Assembly (NCBI RefSeq): GCF_006345805.1
Contig: NC_043006.1
Location: forward strand, 66,836,001 to 66,900,000
Reading direction: 5' to 3'
From: Octopus sinensis
Lineage: Eukaryota
DNA: 64,000 bases
Position numbers and translations under genes: made by a program. Positions within the stretch are counted from its first letter, which is position 1; each line of letters opens with the position of its first letter. Below the pieces are notes generated by a model. That model searched no databases, had not been told where the DNA came from, and worked only from the letters and a program-made list of their open reading frames with translations. Positions 1-12,929 of this stretch are shown here, piece by piece.

Positions 1-84
1 TGCTTAAAATAAAGCATATTACTCTACCACTGGTATTTGAGTACTCTTTTTTCCACCTTGTTTCACATTTATGTGTTTACTCCG

Positions 85-85
<1 letters not shown>
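1..85 (+). mobile_element. 3' end of a PLE pLTR-derived repeat (same family as 16625-16771, 58950-59030, 63480-63725)
   Basis: aataaagcatattactctaccactggtatttgagtac...ttcacatttatgtgtttactccgg matches 16699-16771, and both run directly into (TA)n. Confidence 0.6.
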
Positions 86-165
<80 letters not shown>

Positions 166-519
166 TTACAAACGATATAAATTATTCTCTAACTATCAAC
201 AAATACACGCTGAGAATGGGCTTCAGTTGCTCCGGATGCCAGCTATGGTTAGCAATTGGGGACGGCTCGTATACATCACTGACGTAAGTGCAACAATACT
301 GGGTTGGTTTATTAATCATTGAAACATGCACTTGAGAGGAAAAACAAAACCATTTACTTACAGAGATGTATGAGTGCGTACATAGTTCTACATATACAAA
401 CATATATGTAGATAGACATGTATACATGTGCGTGTTTGCATATCTATCTATCTATCTATCTATCTATAGATGATATATATATGTATATATGTATGTATGC
501 ATGTATGTATGTAAGCATG

Positions 520-570
<51 letters not shown>

Positions 571-780
571 TATATATGTATATATACATATATACATATG
601 TTCACAAACATAAATATACAAGTATATGAACTTAGATACGCATATATGAACATATATATATGCGTGTGTGTTTGTGTTTAGAACCTAATATAAGTTTATT
701 GATGTATATTAGCATATACGTATACAGTTATACGTATATGTGTATGTACATATATATCTATAATTGTATATGAGTGTATA

Positions 781-830
<50 letters not shown>

Positions 831-858
831 TATATATATACATATATATATATATAAG

Positions 859-926
<68 letters not shown>

Positions 927-1919
927 TGTAGATATATATACATACACACATACATGGATGCATGTAAACGTTTTTACTATATAAACGTCGGGTGGATGCA
1001 TAAAGATACACAAAACTATATAAGTGAGTGAACGAGTGCGTATAAATGTATACGCCTTTGTGTGTATACACGCACATATAGACACACGTACATACACACA
1101 CACACACACACGCACATAAGCACTTGCACAATATGTAAATAATATAAAGTAGTGAAAAATCGGAAACACCACTTATCTATCACAACAGATCCCGGAACCA
1201 TTGTTAAAATATTTTATAATGCTTTCACTCTTATTCCTAACGTTGTTGCTGTTTCTCTTGTTATTGCTCTTTCTGTTGTTGTTGCTACTGATTTTGTTCT
1301 TCTTCTTGTTCTCAATGCCGTTTTTCTTCCTATTCTTGCAGTCTAGTACATATGTTTACATTCGGTGTTTTTTTTTCGTTCTAGAAATATTCGTCTTTCG
1401 TTATCGTCGATGGTACTTTTGACGTAGTTATTGCATACGGTACGGTTTTACTTTCCTTCGTTTTTACTTTCCTTCGTTTTTCTCAAAATTGAAGCTAAGC
1501 AATACTAAAAAATAAGTATTGATCTATTTGAAATATATGTTTTTTTTTGTGTATCCTGTCATGTACTTATAAATCTGCCCTTTATTGCTTTCCCCGCCAT
1601 GTACGCCGTGTCTGTACAAACGACAACAAGCAGCCAATGAGAATTTCAGAAAATGTTGCCCTATGTTTGGTTTTGTCTGGTTTTGTCTGGGCGTACGTGT
1701 GTTTGTACGTAACTATCTCTCTCAACCGTTGTTAATTTGATTTACGTTCCAGCAAATTCGCAGTTCGGCTAGAACGTACTATACACTAACTATTGTCCGA
1801 TTTGTCCAACGATACATTACAAGATGGTACACCAGAATGGTCGTAGAACAGTTACTGAAACGAGTAAAAGATAAATCGAAGTGTACAGAATACTATATCG
1901 GTATTAATAATAACTGTCT

Positions 1920-2252
1920 GAGATCCCCTTCGGTTACGAAATACCAAGGGATTGCACCTAGAAAGTTCCTGTCTGAGGCACAAGTCCGGGCAAGGTTGTT
2001 TATGGAAGACCAGCAGTCGCCCAAGCATACCGGTCACCCCTCTCCACGCCACCAGTGTTATCCGAAGGAAAGGCAAAGGCCGATACAGCTTGGCACCTGT
2101 GATGTCGCAACTCATTTCTACAGCTGAATAAACTGGAGTAATGTGAAATAAAGTGTCTTGCTCAAGTACACAACACGCAGCCCGGTCCGGGATTCGAGCT
2201 CACAACCTCACGATCGTAAGCTCGACGCTCTAACCAGTGAGCCATGCGCCTT
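1920..2252 (-). mobile_element. tRNA-derived SINE
   Basis: The minus-strand head ggcgcatggctcactggttagagcg...gagctcgaatcccgg has A-box and B-box-like motifs. It is followed by tgttgtgtacttgagcaagacacttt and a tail. Confidence 0.8.
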
Positions 2253-2289
2253 CATTAAAAAAAATAACAATAATGATAATAATGGTTTC

Positions 2290-2662
2290 AAATTTTGCCA
2301 CAAGGGCAACGATTTTGGCGGGTGGCGCTAGTCGGTTACATCGACTACAGTATCTCACTGGTACTTATTTAATCGACCCGAAATGTTCAAAGGCAAAGTC
2401 GACCTCGGCGGAATTTGAACTCAGAACGAAATATCTATTTCTTTACTGCCCACAAGGGGCTACACACAGAGGGGACAAACCAAAACAGAAAAACGGATTA
2501 GGTTGATTATATCGACCCCAGTGTTTAATAGGTACTTATTTAATCGACCCCGAAAGGATGAAAGGCAAAGTTGACTTCGGTGGAAGGGCTAGGCTTGTGA
2601 CACTTTGTGTCGCGATTCTCCCTGAGAACTATATTGATGGTACGCGAGTCTGTGGAGTGCTC
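2290..2662 (-). mobile_element. Cluster of SINE fragments (two copies of the abundant atcgaccccgaaaggatgaaaggcaaagtcgacctcggcgg family plus one tail fragment)
   Basis: Same sequence as the copies at 39753-39982, 51154-51455 and 53743-53975. Confidence 0.8.
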
Positions 2663-2949
2663 AAAGTTAATTTCTAATTTTCTATATTAATCATATAATC
2701 TCCAACACATACTAAATTGCTTATGGTTATGAAACATTTGATCATATTTCACTGTTGAAGCCTTGTTTAGATCATCTGATGAGTAAAGATAGCAAAAACA
2801 TTGAGATGTTAGACAATTGGTTGGTAGTTACCTCTCCAACATGGTAAAATTCCAACTTTTCAGTATGTGTTTAAAGAATAATTGAAAAGAAATACAGTGA
2901 TTTGTTAAATGTTTTTCTTATGTTTTTCAGATTATTTCAGACCTAAATT

Positions 2950-3450
2950 GCAATATAGTTTTACAAAAATACATAAATTTGAACTATAACAATTTAGGTT
3001 TATAAAGTAAAAGCCATAATTGGATTTCCTGCAGAGTTTTCTATAGCAATGACCCTATCAAAGGCTGATGTATTCCGACTTTATTTATGCATAAGAAAAC
3101 ATGAAGAACAGATATCCGAAACTTCACCCACAGTGCAAGAATGCTACCGGATTGTTGCCGCAGTTGTGCAAATAATGTGGAACAAATTTTCTTTTAGATT
3201 GTGTTTGAGGGAATAGCTCTAAAAATTGAGAGATTGATTGAACCTATTTATAAATTAAACAAATTATGTATCAAGCAAAGAGGAGCTAGTTTTAATAAGA
3301 AATTTGAGGAGTTCAATGAAATGTTTGATATATGCACCTGCACCTGTTATCACAAACAAATAAAAAGATTTGACTGTCATAGCCAATACTACTTCCTTGT
3401 CATAGCAAAGGATTCGAGCATGCTAATAATTTAATGACAAAAGCTTCTTG
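2950..3450 (+). pseudogene. Possible decayed DNA-transposase N-terminal region
   Basis: ORF 3201-3434 contains FNEMFDICTCTCYHKQIKRFDCH, an FDIxxCxC motif I associate with some invertebrate DDE transposases. No TIRs identified and the family is uncertain. Confidence 0.3.
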
Positions 3451-3994
3451 AGTCAGGATAGGCTACGAAAATAGGCACAAATTCATATTAAATGTACAGA
3501 AATCAAGACAAAGTTTACCTTACTGGAAAAAACAATGGTCATTTAACTAAATAATAAATATTATTATTACTTATTTTATGGTGTTCACTGGTCATGTATT
3601 TGTTTGAGGTTCGTGCATGGTTTTTTTATTGCATAATAGACATTAAGAATTTTTTTTTTTTTTACTTTGAAAGTGCTTTTCTGAATACAGACATTTTTTT
3701 ATAAAAAAAATTAATACAAACAATATATATAAGTAAATATTAATATAACTGTTTTTTTTTTCAGGCGGGAGCGGGGGGTGTGCATATCATTTATTAAATG
3801 TTATATAGGTAATATTTAACCAATACAACGTTAATGGCATTAAAACAAGTTTACAATTACTTACATTTTCAGTATTCAAAGCGCAGAATGAGAGAGGTGG
3901 CTATGCGAGAGGTAGGGTTAGTCGCATACTTTTTTTAATTTGTTAATATATTTCTCATACCAAATTAGATATAATATACATACATACATATATA

Positions 3995-4074
<80 letters not shown>

Positions 4075-4263
4075 CTAGTTTATTTGTCTTTTTGCATTTT
4101 CACTTTGTGCTGTATTGAATTCATGAAGTGGTTTTAGAGTCAGTATGGTGAGATCACTTAGATACCCTTATTTATAAGTTTGATTATTTATATATCTACA
4201 CTCACACACACACACACACACACATACACAAACACACACACACACATATATATATATATATTA

Positions 4264-4312
<49 letters not shown>

Positions 4313-4319
4313 TATATAT

Positions 4320-4380
<61 letters not shown>

Positions 4381-4514
4381 GCACACATACACATACATCC
4401 ACACCCCAAAATTGCCCCCCTTTTAGCAATATTTGAAACCTTTATTATAATTACGGAATCGTTAGCACGCCGGGCAAAATATTTAGATAATTCCGGAGCC
4501 ATTTGAATTTTATT

Positions 4515-4965
4515 TACACTATTTACATTTGACGGATATTTGTCCTCATCTTCTTTGTTGTTAACACAACGTTTCCGTTGATATATCCTCCACTTCCCCC
4601 CATGTGGGATGAAGTTAAAATAATAGACAGAGAACACCACTGGAAAACACGAAAACTAAAAGAAGCACTTATGCTAGGACACAACAACCTCCTAAGCAGA
4701 CCTAGTGCAGATATGAATAGCATATGGGAACCGGTGTTAAGGAAAGATAGGAAAATATTAGATTTATAAGCCCACTCCATAATTGCCAACGAGCATATGG
4801 CATAGTGGTTAAGAGCGCAGGCTGAGAACCCAGGTTCGAAATTTCCTCAATACATCTGATGAAGTCTGTAGGGTATATCAGCCGAAACGTAGTGTTAACA
4901 ACAAACAAGATGACAAATATCCGTCAAATGTAAATAATGTACATAATTCCGCATCTCTTAAATAG
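4515..4965 (+). mobile_element. 5'-truncated Penelope-like element: inverted pLTR piece (4515-4591), GIY-YIG C-terminus, pLTR with tRNA-like boxes and hammerhead
   Basis: WDEVKIIDREHHWKTRKLKEALMLGHNNLLSR resembles a PLE endonuclease C-terminus. 4515-4591 is the reverse complement of about 4868-4941. Confidence 0.75.
4852..4896 (+). ncRNA. Minimal type I hammerhead ribozyme (canonical core)
   Basis: acat-CTGATGA-agtCTG...CAGcc-GAAA-CG-TA-gtgt. Stem III is the palindrome ACGT; stem II is partly decayed. Confidence 0.65.
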
Positions 4966-5179
4966 TCACAGCATGAGAAGAGACTGAGAAGAGCAACTTA
5001 GAGGACCGTTTAAAATACCTCTTTCACCGTTTTCTTCTACAATTACCCCGCAACTTCTCCAGCGTATATCCGTAACTGTTACTTTATAGCAAAGTAGGCA
5101 GTATTGTCCCCTTGGGGGCAGGGGAAAGTGGGACGATAATGGCGTAGTGATTCATGTAAAAAGTGTTATATATACATAC

Positions 5180-5256
<77 letters not shown>

Positions 5257-5418
5257 TATACGGAGTAAGTAATTCAGAAGGGAAAGTATTTGTGAAGATA
5301 TCACTGAATCTATTATCATCTAGTGTAACAATTAAAAATAATAACAGAATCAATAATATAGGAGGTTGCAGAACCAAAAGAAGTATTAAATAGTTAAAGG
5401 ATGAAAATTAATCATATG

Positions 5419-5510
5419 ACATACTAAGTCTGTCTACCTGCTGGAAATAACAGTCAAACGTTTATTTAAGAGTTTTGATTGTCATTTCCAGCAGGTAGAC
5501 ATAGCATGTC
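5419..5510. repeat. Short fold-back (about 40-bp imperfect arms)
   Basis: gacatactaagtctgtctacctgctggaaataacagtcaaac pairs with gttttgattgtcatttccagcaggtagacatagcatgtc. Confidence 0.8.
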
Positions 5511-5517
5511 ATTTGAT

Positions 5518-5580
<63 letters not shown>

Positions 5581-5633
5581 AAAAATAAAAACGGAAAATA
5601 CGCACACTTACATGGTTATAGTATAATTTTTAA

Positions 5634-5670
5634 TGTATCGACCGGTTTCGCAATTGCTATTCATGATACA
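5634..5670 (-). ncRNA. Hammerhead ribozyme, A3-U8 core variant (inverted pLTR)
   Basis: TGTATC-ATGAATA-GCAATTGC-GAAA-CCGG-TC-GATACA. Confidence 0.75.
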
Positions 5671-6494
5671 ATGTTTAATTTATATGAAAATATATTTTTT
5701 TCTTAAGAAGAAAATGGATCCATGTTGTTTATAATGAGATTCACGAGTGAATGATTTTACAAGTTGACAAGTAAAGGGAGGTGATTGGTTGTTATTATTG
5801 TTATTGTTGTCTGTAAGGGAGATAACTGTTTAGGTTTTGGGTGGGGAGAAATATGTTTACAGAAAAGAGACAGGTTTAAAAAAAAAGGGGGCCTTGTTTA
5901 GTAGGGGATTTAAGTACAGTGATGTAATATGTAAAAATATAAAAATTGGTTATGCGTGCTTATTCAGACGCGTTTTGTATTTTTCAATGAAAAAAGTTTC
6001 TTTATTTAAGCGTTCTAGTTGAGCAAAGGAGCAAATCCGTTTCCCGCAATACAGACAAATCCGTCTTATTGAACACATAGAAAAATGTGCAGGTAACATC
6101 AAACCAAATTTTACAGCCTTCCCTTTCTACCAGTGCAAAGACACAATCTCTCAACCAGAACGCTTAAATAAAGAAACTTTTTTCATTGAAAAATACAAAA
6201 CGCGTCTGAATAAGCACGCATAACCAATTTTTATATTTTTACATATTACATCACTGTACATAAATCCCCTACTAAACAAGGCCCCCTTTTTTAAACCTGT
6301 CTCATTTCTGTACACATATTTCTCCCCACCCGAAACCTAAACAGTTATCTCCCTTACAGACAACAATAACAATAATAATAACTAATTACCTCCCTTTACT
6401 TGTCAACTTATAAAATCATTCACTCGGGAATCTCATTATAAACAACACGGACCCATTTTCTTCTTAAGGAAAAAATATAATTTCATATAACTTA

Positions 6495-7783
6495 CGAGGG
6501 GCGTTCAATAAGTAATGCCTCTGACCCACTTGCAGTTGTTTAATCTAGCTGAAATTTTGCATGTGCAATTATTTATATTTCTATAGAGTAAGTGGCAAAT
6601 TACAGCTCTGAACTAATTGTGGTTTCCGATTTACAGGTGTTTGAACTGAGTCAAGTGTGAAATGGAGCATGATGAGTGTCGAGCAGGGATCCGGTTTTTG
6701 TATTTGAAAGGACGCACACCACAGGAGACTTTTGATGAAATGAAAGTAACTTATGGTGATGATGCCCCATCATATGACCTTGTAAAACGCTGGCATCGTG
6801 AATTCAAACATGGTCGGAACTCTGTGGAAACAGCTCCCAGATCTGGTCGCCCCCTTCTGCCATTGATGAGGCATCTGTCTGTCAAGTTGAGGCTGCCATT
6901 TTGGAAGATCGACGCATAACTATTCGCCAAATAGCCCATGAGGTCAAGATTAGTACAGGGTCTGTGAAAACTATCATTCATGACCATTTGCATATGCAAA
7001 AGGTGTCTGCCAGATGGATTCCCATGTTGCTCACACCTTTCCAGAAGCAAGAACGCGTTGATTGCTCGAGGATGAATTTGGAGATGTGCCAAGAAGATGA
7101 GTCAAAATTTTTCAAAAGACTGATTGCATAGGATAAACCTGGGTCCATCACTATGATCCAGAGACCAAAGCCCAGTCAATGCAGTAGAAGCACCGTGACT
7201 CACCTCCTCCAAAGAAGGCAAGGGTGCAGCCCTCCGCTGGCAAGGTCATGCTTACAGTCTTCTGGGATCAGGACGGAGTAGTGTAGACAGATTTCCTGGC
7301 AAAGGGTGCCACAATTACAGGAGTCTATTATGCTTCACTTTTGAGGAAATTAAGAGAAGCTATCAAAATCAAGAGGCGGGGCAAGATCAGCAAAGGCATC
7401 CTCCTCCTGCAGGACAACGCTCCGATCCACAACTCGCCTCGCCAGATCAGAAGCACAGGCGTGCGGCTATGAACTCATCCCCCATCCGCCCTACTCTCCT
7501 GACCTTGTACCCTCTGATTTTCACCTCTTCCCAGCCATGAAGTTGTTTTTGAAAGGAAAGCGTTTCCCAGATGATGCAGCCTTGATTTCTGAAGTCATGT
7601 CGTGGTTGGAGGACCAAGCTGGGGTCTTCTACAAAAACGGTCTTCAGAGCTGCATCAAACGATGGGAGAAATGCGTAACTCTGGGTGGTTCCTATGTAGA
7701 AAAAGACTAATAACTATTCCAAGTTTCGTTGCTCTACTGCTATGGGAAGTTGGTCAGGGGCATTACTTATTGAACGCCCCTCG
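6495..7783 (+). mobile_element. Full-length mariner (DD34D) transposon, 1289 bp, TA TSD
   Basis: TIR cgaggggcgttcaataagtaatgcctctgacc / ggtcaggggcattacttattgaacgcccctcg. TA at 6493-6494 and 7784-7785. The empty site is visible in the 3' pLTR at about 11683-11700. Confidence 0.95.
6662..7710 (+). pseudogene. Mariner transposase with frameshifts and stops
   Basis: PRSGRP, WIPMLL, A*DKPWVHHYDPE, LLQDNAP and HPPYSPDLVPSDFHLF motifs. Confidence 0.92.
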
Positions 7784-7790
7784 TAAACAT

Positions 7791-7827
7791 TGTATCATGA
7801 ATAGCGATTGCGAAACCGGTCGATACA
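7791..7827 (+). ncRNA. Hammerhead ribozyme, A3-U8 core variant (5' pLTR)
   Basis: TGTATC-ATGAATA-GCGATTGC-GAAA-CCGG-TC-GATACA. 6-bp stem I, palindromic stem III ACCGGT, GUC cleavage triplet. Confidence 0.75.
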
Positions 7828-7958
7828 TAACCATGTAAGTGTGCGTATTTTTCCGTTTTTATTTTTCTTATATACATTACAATCCACAACGTGGGGACAA
7901 CCGAAATTCCTCTTTTCTGTTACTACTACTACTACTATTTACCACACGTGGAAGGAAA

Positions 7959-10900
7959 ATGCCACCAAAACCTACCTCAAACACTTTGGATAAGATTACC
8001 AGCGAGGACATATTAAAAGAATTGAAAGAAATTAACTCAAATTTAGTTATTCAAACTAACAAAATAGATGGACTATATTACCGTACCCGAGAAGAAACGG
8101 AATTGCAACAAAGAAGACAATCTACAAAACAGGTTAGTCAAAATTTGAACAAACTATGCACGACACTGCATTCATTCTTGACAAATAATTTTGAAAAAGA
8201 ATCATCGACACATTTAATTAAAAGTCGAGTTAACCTTATTTGGTCTAAAAATCTAAACACAAGGAAATTTTCTTTTTGGAATATGCTAAAAAATAACAAT
8301 AAAACAGAAATTTACGGAAAATGGAGTAACTCAACACCGTTAATCCAACCACGCAAGTTTCAAATTAAACCAATCCCAGAAGAACCAGAACAGCAAAGAA
8401 AACTTAGGGAGAAATTAGCATTAGAAAAATTAAAAATAGAAATTGAGTTACTCAATCTCAGAGCTTCGAGTAACGAACAAAAATACAAAAAGATCGATGA
8501 GGAAATGCACTCCGAACTCACCAAACATGCTGAGGGACAACTTTTGGAAAGTATTCTAAAATTATGGAAAGACAGCTGTGAGACGGAAGAAATAAACTCC
8601 CTGCAACGATGGGAAAGCAGTATTAACTTCTTCCTCAATTATGAAGCTGAATTTAAAAGAGACTACACTTCAGATAACTCCTTCATAAAAAAAAATCTAG
8701 AACAAATGCATATACACATCTACCTAGATCAAACAATCAAAATCCAAAAGAATACAAACACAGTAAAGTAACCCAACGCTTAGAAGTAAACCATTCTCTA
8801 TCTAATAACAGGAACTACCCATCTATTAGAAACACTAGAAGAAACCAGCCTAGAGTAAGGAGTGATAATTTTTTCTACCCAGCATCTAGAAATATACAAG
8901 AGACCCCTTTTACCCTTCAACGAAGAAACAACATAATTAAACACACCAAGAATTCACTCCAACGAATAAATCCTAACCACGTGCCCCCAACCAGTTTACC
9001 CAGGCGACAACACCAACCCCCAGCTACCCGAATATAATAAGTACTAATAATACAGATTTAATTAATAACAATAATAACTCAAATAATAAATTCTACCAAC
9101 CGAACCTCAATCCACATTTTTTAGACCAAGTGGAGAGAAACAGGGACACACGTTGGAACAAAACGTACAGGAGGAACCCAAAGTCATTAACTTTTCAAAG
9201 AAAACTCTATCCATAACAAAAATCAATATACTAGCCAAAGGTTTAAAGTTCACCCCAACCCCACGAAGAGCTAACCATAATGAAATTAAAGACAATATTT
9301 CGGAATTCTGCAGAAAACTACGACTCGCAGAAGCACTAACTGACTACGACAACGAAGATGAATCACTAGTCAAAAACAGAAGTAATTACCTCCCACATAA
9401 GGGTAGGAATAAAATACTGGATGACTACTGCAACCATATGCAAAATTTCCCCTACACATCCATTAAACGAAAAATTAATCCTAACCTCAACAATCTAGAA
9501 TGGAAAAATCTGACTGAACTATAAAACGACACAGACCTGACAATTAAAGAAGCTGACAAAGGAAGTGCTGTAGTTTTGATGGACACAGAACACTATAAAA
9601 AACTAGTACTTTCCATATTAGAAAACGAGGCCTTCTACGAAAGAATTATAAACTATAAACAACAAAAAACCATGAAAAATCTTGTATCCTTAATTTTTCT
9701 ACATGGAAAAGGCCTGTCAGAAAAAGAAACAGACTACATCACGAACTTCAAATGTAAACCTAGTCTTTTTATGGCCTCCCTAAAATACACAAGAGCAAGA
9801 TAATCAATGAAGCCTGCAAACAATCACCAGGCAAATATATAAACATCCAAACGCCAGAAGACTTGACTTTAAGACCTATTGTAGCTGGACCAGCCTGTGA
9901 AACCCACCGACTGAGCAATTTTCTAGACATCCTATTGAAACCCTTGCTGAAATACATCAAAAGCTTTATTAGGGATGATTTAGACATGTTAGAACACCTA
10001 CCAAAAACGATTACTGAAGAAGCAGTATTGGTCACCTTCGATGTTATCAATCTTTACACCAGCATCTCCCATGACTATGGAATGAAAGCAATTATATTAT
10101 GGTTGGTAAAGTACCTCGAAGTCCTCCCGGAACGCATAAACCAGACCTTTATTATTGAATCCTTAAAATTTATACTTCAGAACAATTATTTCCTGTTTGA
10201 TGACACATACTATCGTCAGAAATGCGGAATTGCGATGGGGACGAAAGCAGCTCCTGTTCTTGCGAATCTAATAATGGGCTATTTTGAATTCACCTTATAT
10301 GAAGTATCACTTCAGAAATATGGTTACCCATTTTACCTCTACATAAGAGAAAATTGGAAGCGATACCTGGATGACTGCTTTATCATCTGGAAGGAGAACA
10401 TCGACAAACTTTTGGATTTCAAAACAACACTAAATGACATGAATAGTAACATTCAGTTCACAATGGAATATAATAAAGAACAACTTCCTTTTTTAGACAT
10501 CATGATAGAAAAAGTCAACAATGAAATCATAACTGACATTTATTATAAACCAACTGACGTAAAACAATACCTTCTTTTTAACTCATGCCACCCGAAACAC
10601 ATAAAAAACTCATCCCTTTTAACTTAGCAAAAAGGATCTGCACAACAGTGTCTGATAGAACAACTCGGGACCTTCGTCTTCAAGACCTCAAAACAACACT
10701 TATTGAAAGACAATATCCACCCTCTCTTATCGACGCGGGAATTAAACGTGCCAAACAATTAGACACAAAAACGCTAAGAACAAAACAAACATAGCACCAC
10801 ACCTCAAACCAAAACATTATTTTTTATATCAACACACAACCCCAGAAACAGTGAAGCATTCAACACTATTGTGCAAACTCTCCCTTTACTAACTAGAGAT

Positions 10901-11424
10901 CCCAAAATGAACGACATCCTGAAAACACACAAACTCATCAAATGCAAAAAACAAGATAAATCGCTAAAGAGACTACTAACAAATGCGAAGCTTTACAAAA
11001 CAACCACGAAACCAACGGCTAAAAAATGTGGACGCCCGAACTGTGGAACCTGCCCCTACCTGCTTGAAGGCTCGGACTTCCTTTTCAAACAAGGAGAGAG
11101 GTTCACAATTAAAACTAGTTTCACCTGTGCCTCTGAGAACCTAATTTATGTAATAACCTGCTCGGGTTGCAATCATCAGTACATTGGACAAACGAGTTTA
11201 ATTTTGAGGAAGAGAATTACTCTGCATAAGGAGCAAATCCGTTTCCCGCAATACAGACAAATCCCTCTTAGTGAACACATAGAAAAAATGCAGTTAACAT
11301 CAAACCAAATTTTACAGTCTTCCCTTTCTACATGTGCAAAGACACAATCTCTCAACTAGAACGCTTAAATAAAGAAACTTTTTTCATTGAAAAATACAAA
11401 ACGCGTCTGAATAAGCACGCATAA
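7959..11424 (+). pseudogene. PLE polyprotein (coiled-coil-like N-terminal region, RT, GIY-YIG endonuclease), broken by frameshifts and stops
   Basis: ORF pieces 7839-8771, 9153-9524 (KGLKFTPTP), 9576-9803, 9863-10627 (RT), 10585-10794 and 10871-11359. The 5' pLTR copy keeps an intact C-terminus (EHIEKCAGNIKPNF...RLNKETFFIEKYKTRLNKHA*). Confidence 0.9.
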
Positions 11425-11700
11425 CCAATTTTTATATTTTTACATATTACATCACTGTACATAAATCTCCTACTAAACAAGGCCCCCTTTTTTAAACCTG
11501 TCTCATTTCTGTACACATATTTCTCCCCACCCGAAACCTAAACAGTTATCTCCCTTACAGACAACAATAACAATAATAACAGCCAATTACCTCCCTTTAC
11601 TTGTCAACTTGTAAAATCATTCACTCGTGAATCCCATTATAAACAACATGGACCCATTTTCTTCTTAAGAAAAGAATATATTTTCATATAAATTAAACAT

Positions 11701-11737
11701 TGTATCATGAATAGCGATTGCGAAACGGCTCGATACA
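11701..11737 (+). ncRNA. Hammerhead ribozyme copy with disrupted stem III (3' pLTR)
   Basis: Identical to 7791-7827 except GAAACGGCTC replaces GAAACCGGTC. Confidence 0.6.
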
Positions 11738-11847
11738 TTAAAAATAATACTATAACCATGTAAGTGTGCGTATTTTCCGTTTTTTTTTCTTATATACATT
11801 ACAATCCACACGTGGGGACAACCGAAATTCCTCTTTTCTGTTACTAC

Positions 11848-11917
<70 letters not shown>

Positions 11918-12536
11918 ATATATATAGTATGTATGTATGTATGGATGGATGTATGTATGTATGTATATGTATATATGGGTACAGGATATCTCCAACGGTG
12001 CAATTGACATGAAATACATAAACAACGAGAAAAAATGGAAAGTAGGAAAGTTAACAGAGTTGTCGGTCGTCTATCTACATCACATTTCGAGCATTCAACG
12101 ACAATATCAGACTTGAAAGATAGTTGCTCCCGTAAGTTCTAAAATAAAATTTAGGATTTATGGGGGCGGGGTCAAATTTGGAGACAAAAAAAGTGACAGT
12201 GGAGGTATACAAGGAAACCGAACGAAAACAAACATGGAGATTTATTAGACCAGAACGAGAGGAAAATAGTGAACACTGGGAGAATTGTTTTTTTTTTGAA
12301 AAAAGAAAAGATAGAACAGACAGAGGAAAGCATGTGCATGATCTTGAACGTCCGTGCAGTAAAAGAAAGATGGTCACGCGTGAGCAATGAGAGAGAGAAT
12401 ATAAGACAAAAAGGGGATAGAGAGAGGTAGAAAGAAAACGGTGAAAGAGAGAGGGGAGAAAAGGGAATTAGATAATGATGGAGGAGGGAAAACAGTATAG
12501 AGTACAGAGTCGCATAAAAAAAGGTGAAGATAAAGT

Positions 12537-12630
<94 letters not shown>

Positions 12631-12737
12631 TAAGCAATAAAGGGTTTAGCAACGAATTGCCTTACCACATACCGAATTTAGAAATAGCAGTCAAAGAGTT
12701 ATAGCTATTTCTTCTACTAAAAAGGGAGATCTCAGTA

Positions 12738-12844
<107 letters not shown>

Positions 12845-12881
12845 CATATATATATACATATACATATATACATATACATAC

Positions 12882-12924
<43 letters not shown>

Positions 12925-12929
<5 letters not shown>

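Larger units (their letters stand above)
5581..11828 (+). mobile_element. Neptune-type Penelope-like retroelement: inverted pLTR (5581-6023), direct 5' pLTR (6026-7930, split by mariner), ORF, 3' pLTR (11228-11828)
   Basis: Three copies of the same ~600-bp terminal sequence. RT motifs GIAMGTKAAP and WKRYLDDCF. GIY-YIG with a Cys-rich linker (CGRPNCGTCPY...NLIYVITCSGCNHQYIGQT). Both outer ends abut (TA)n. Confidence 0.93.
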
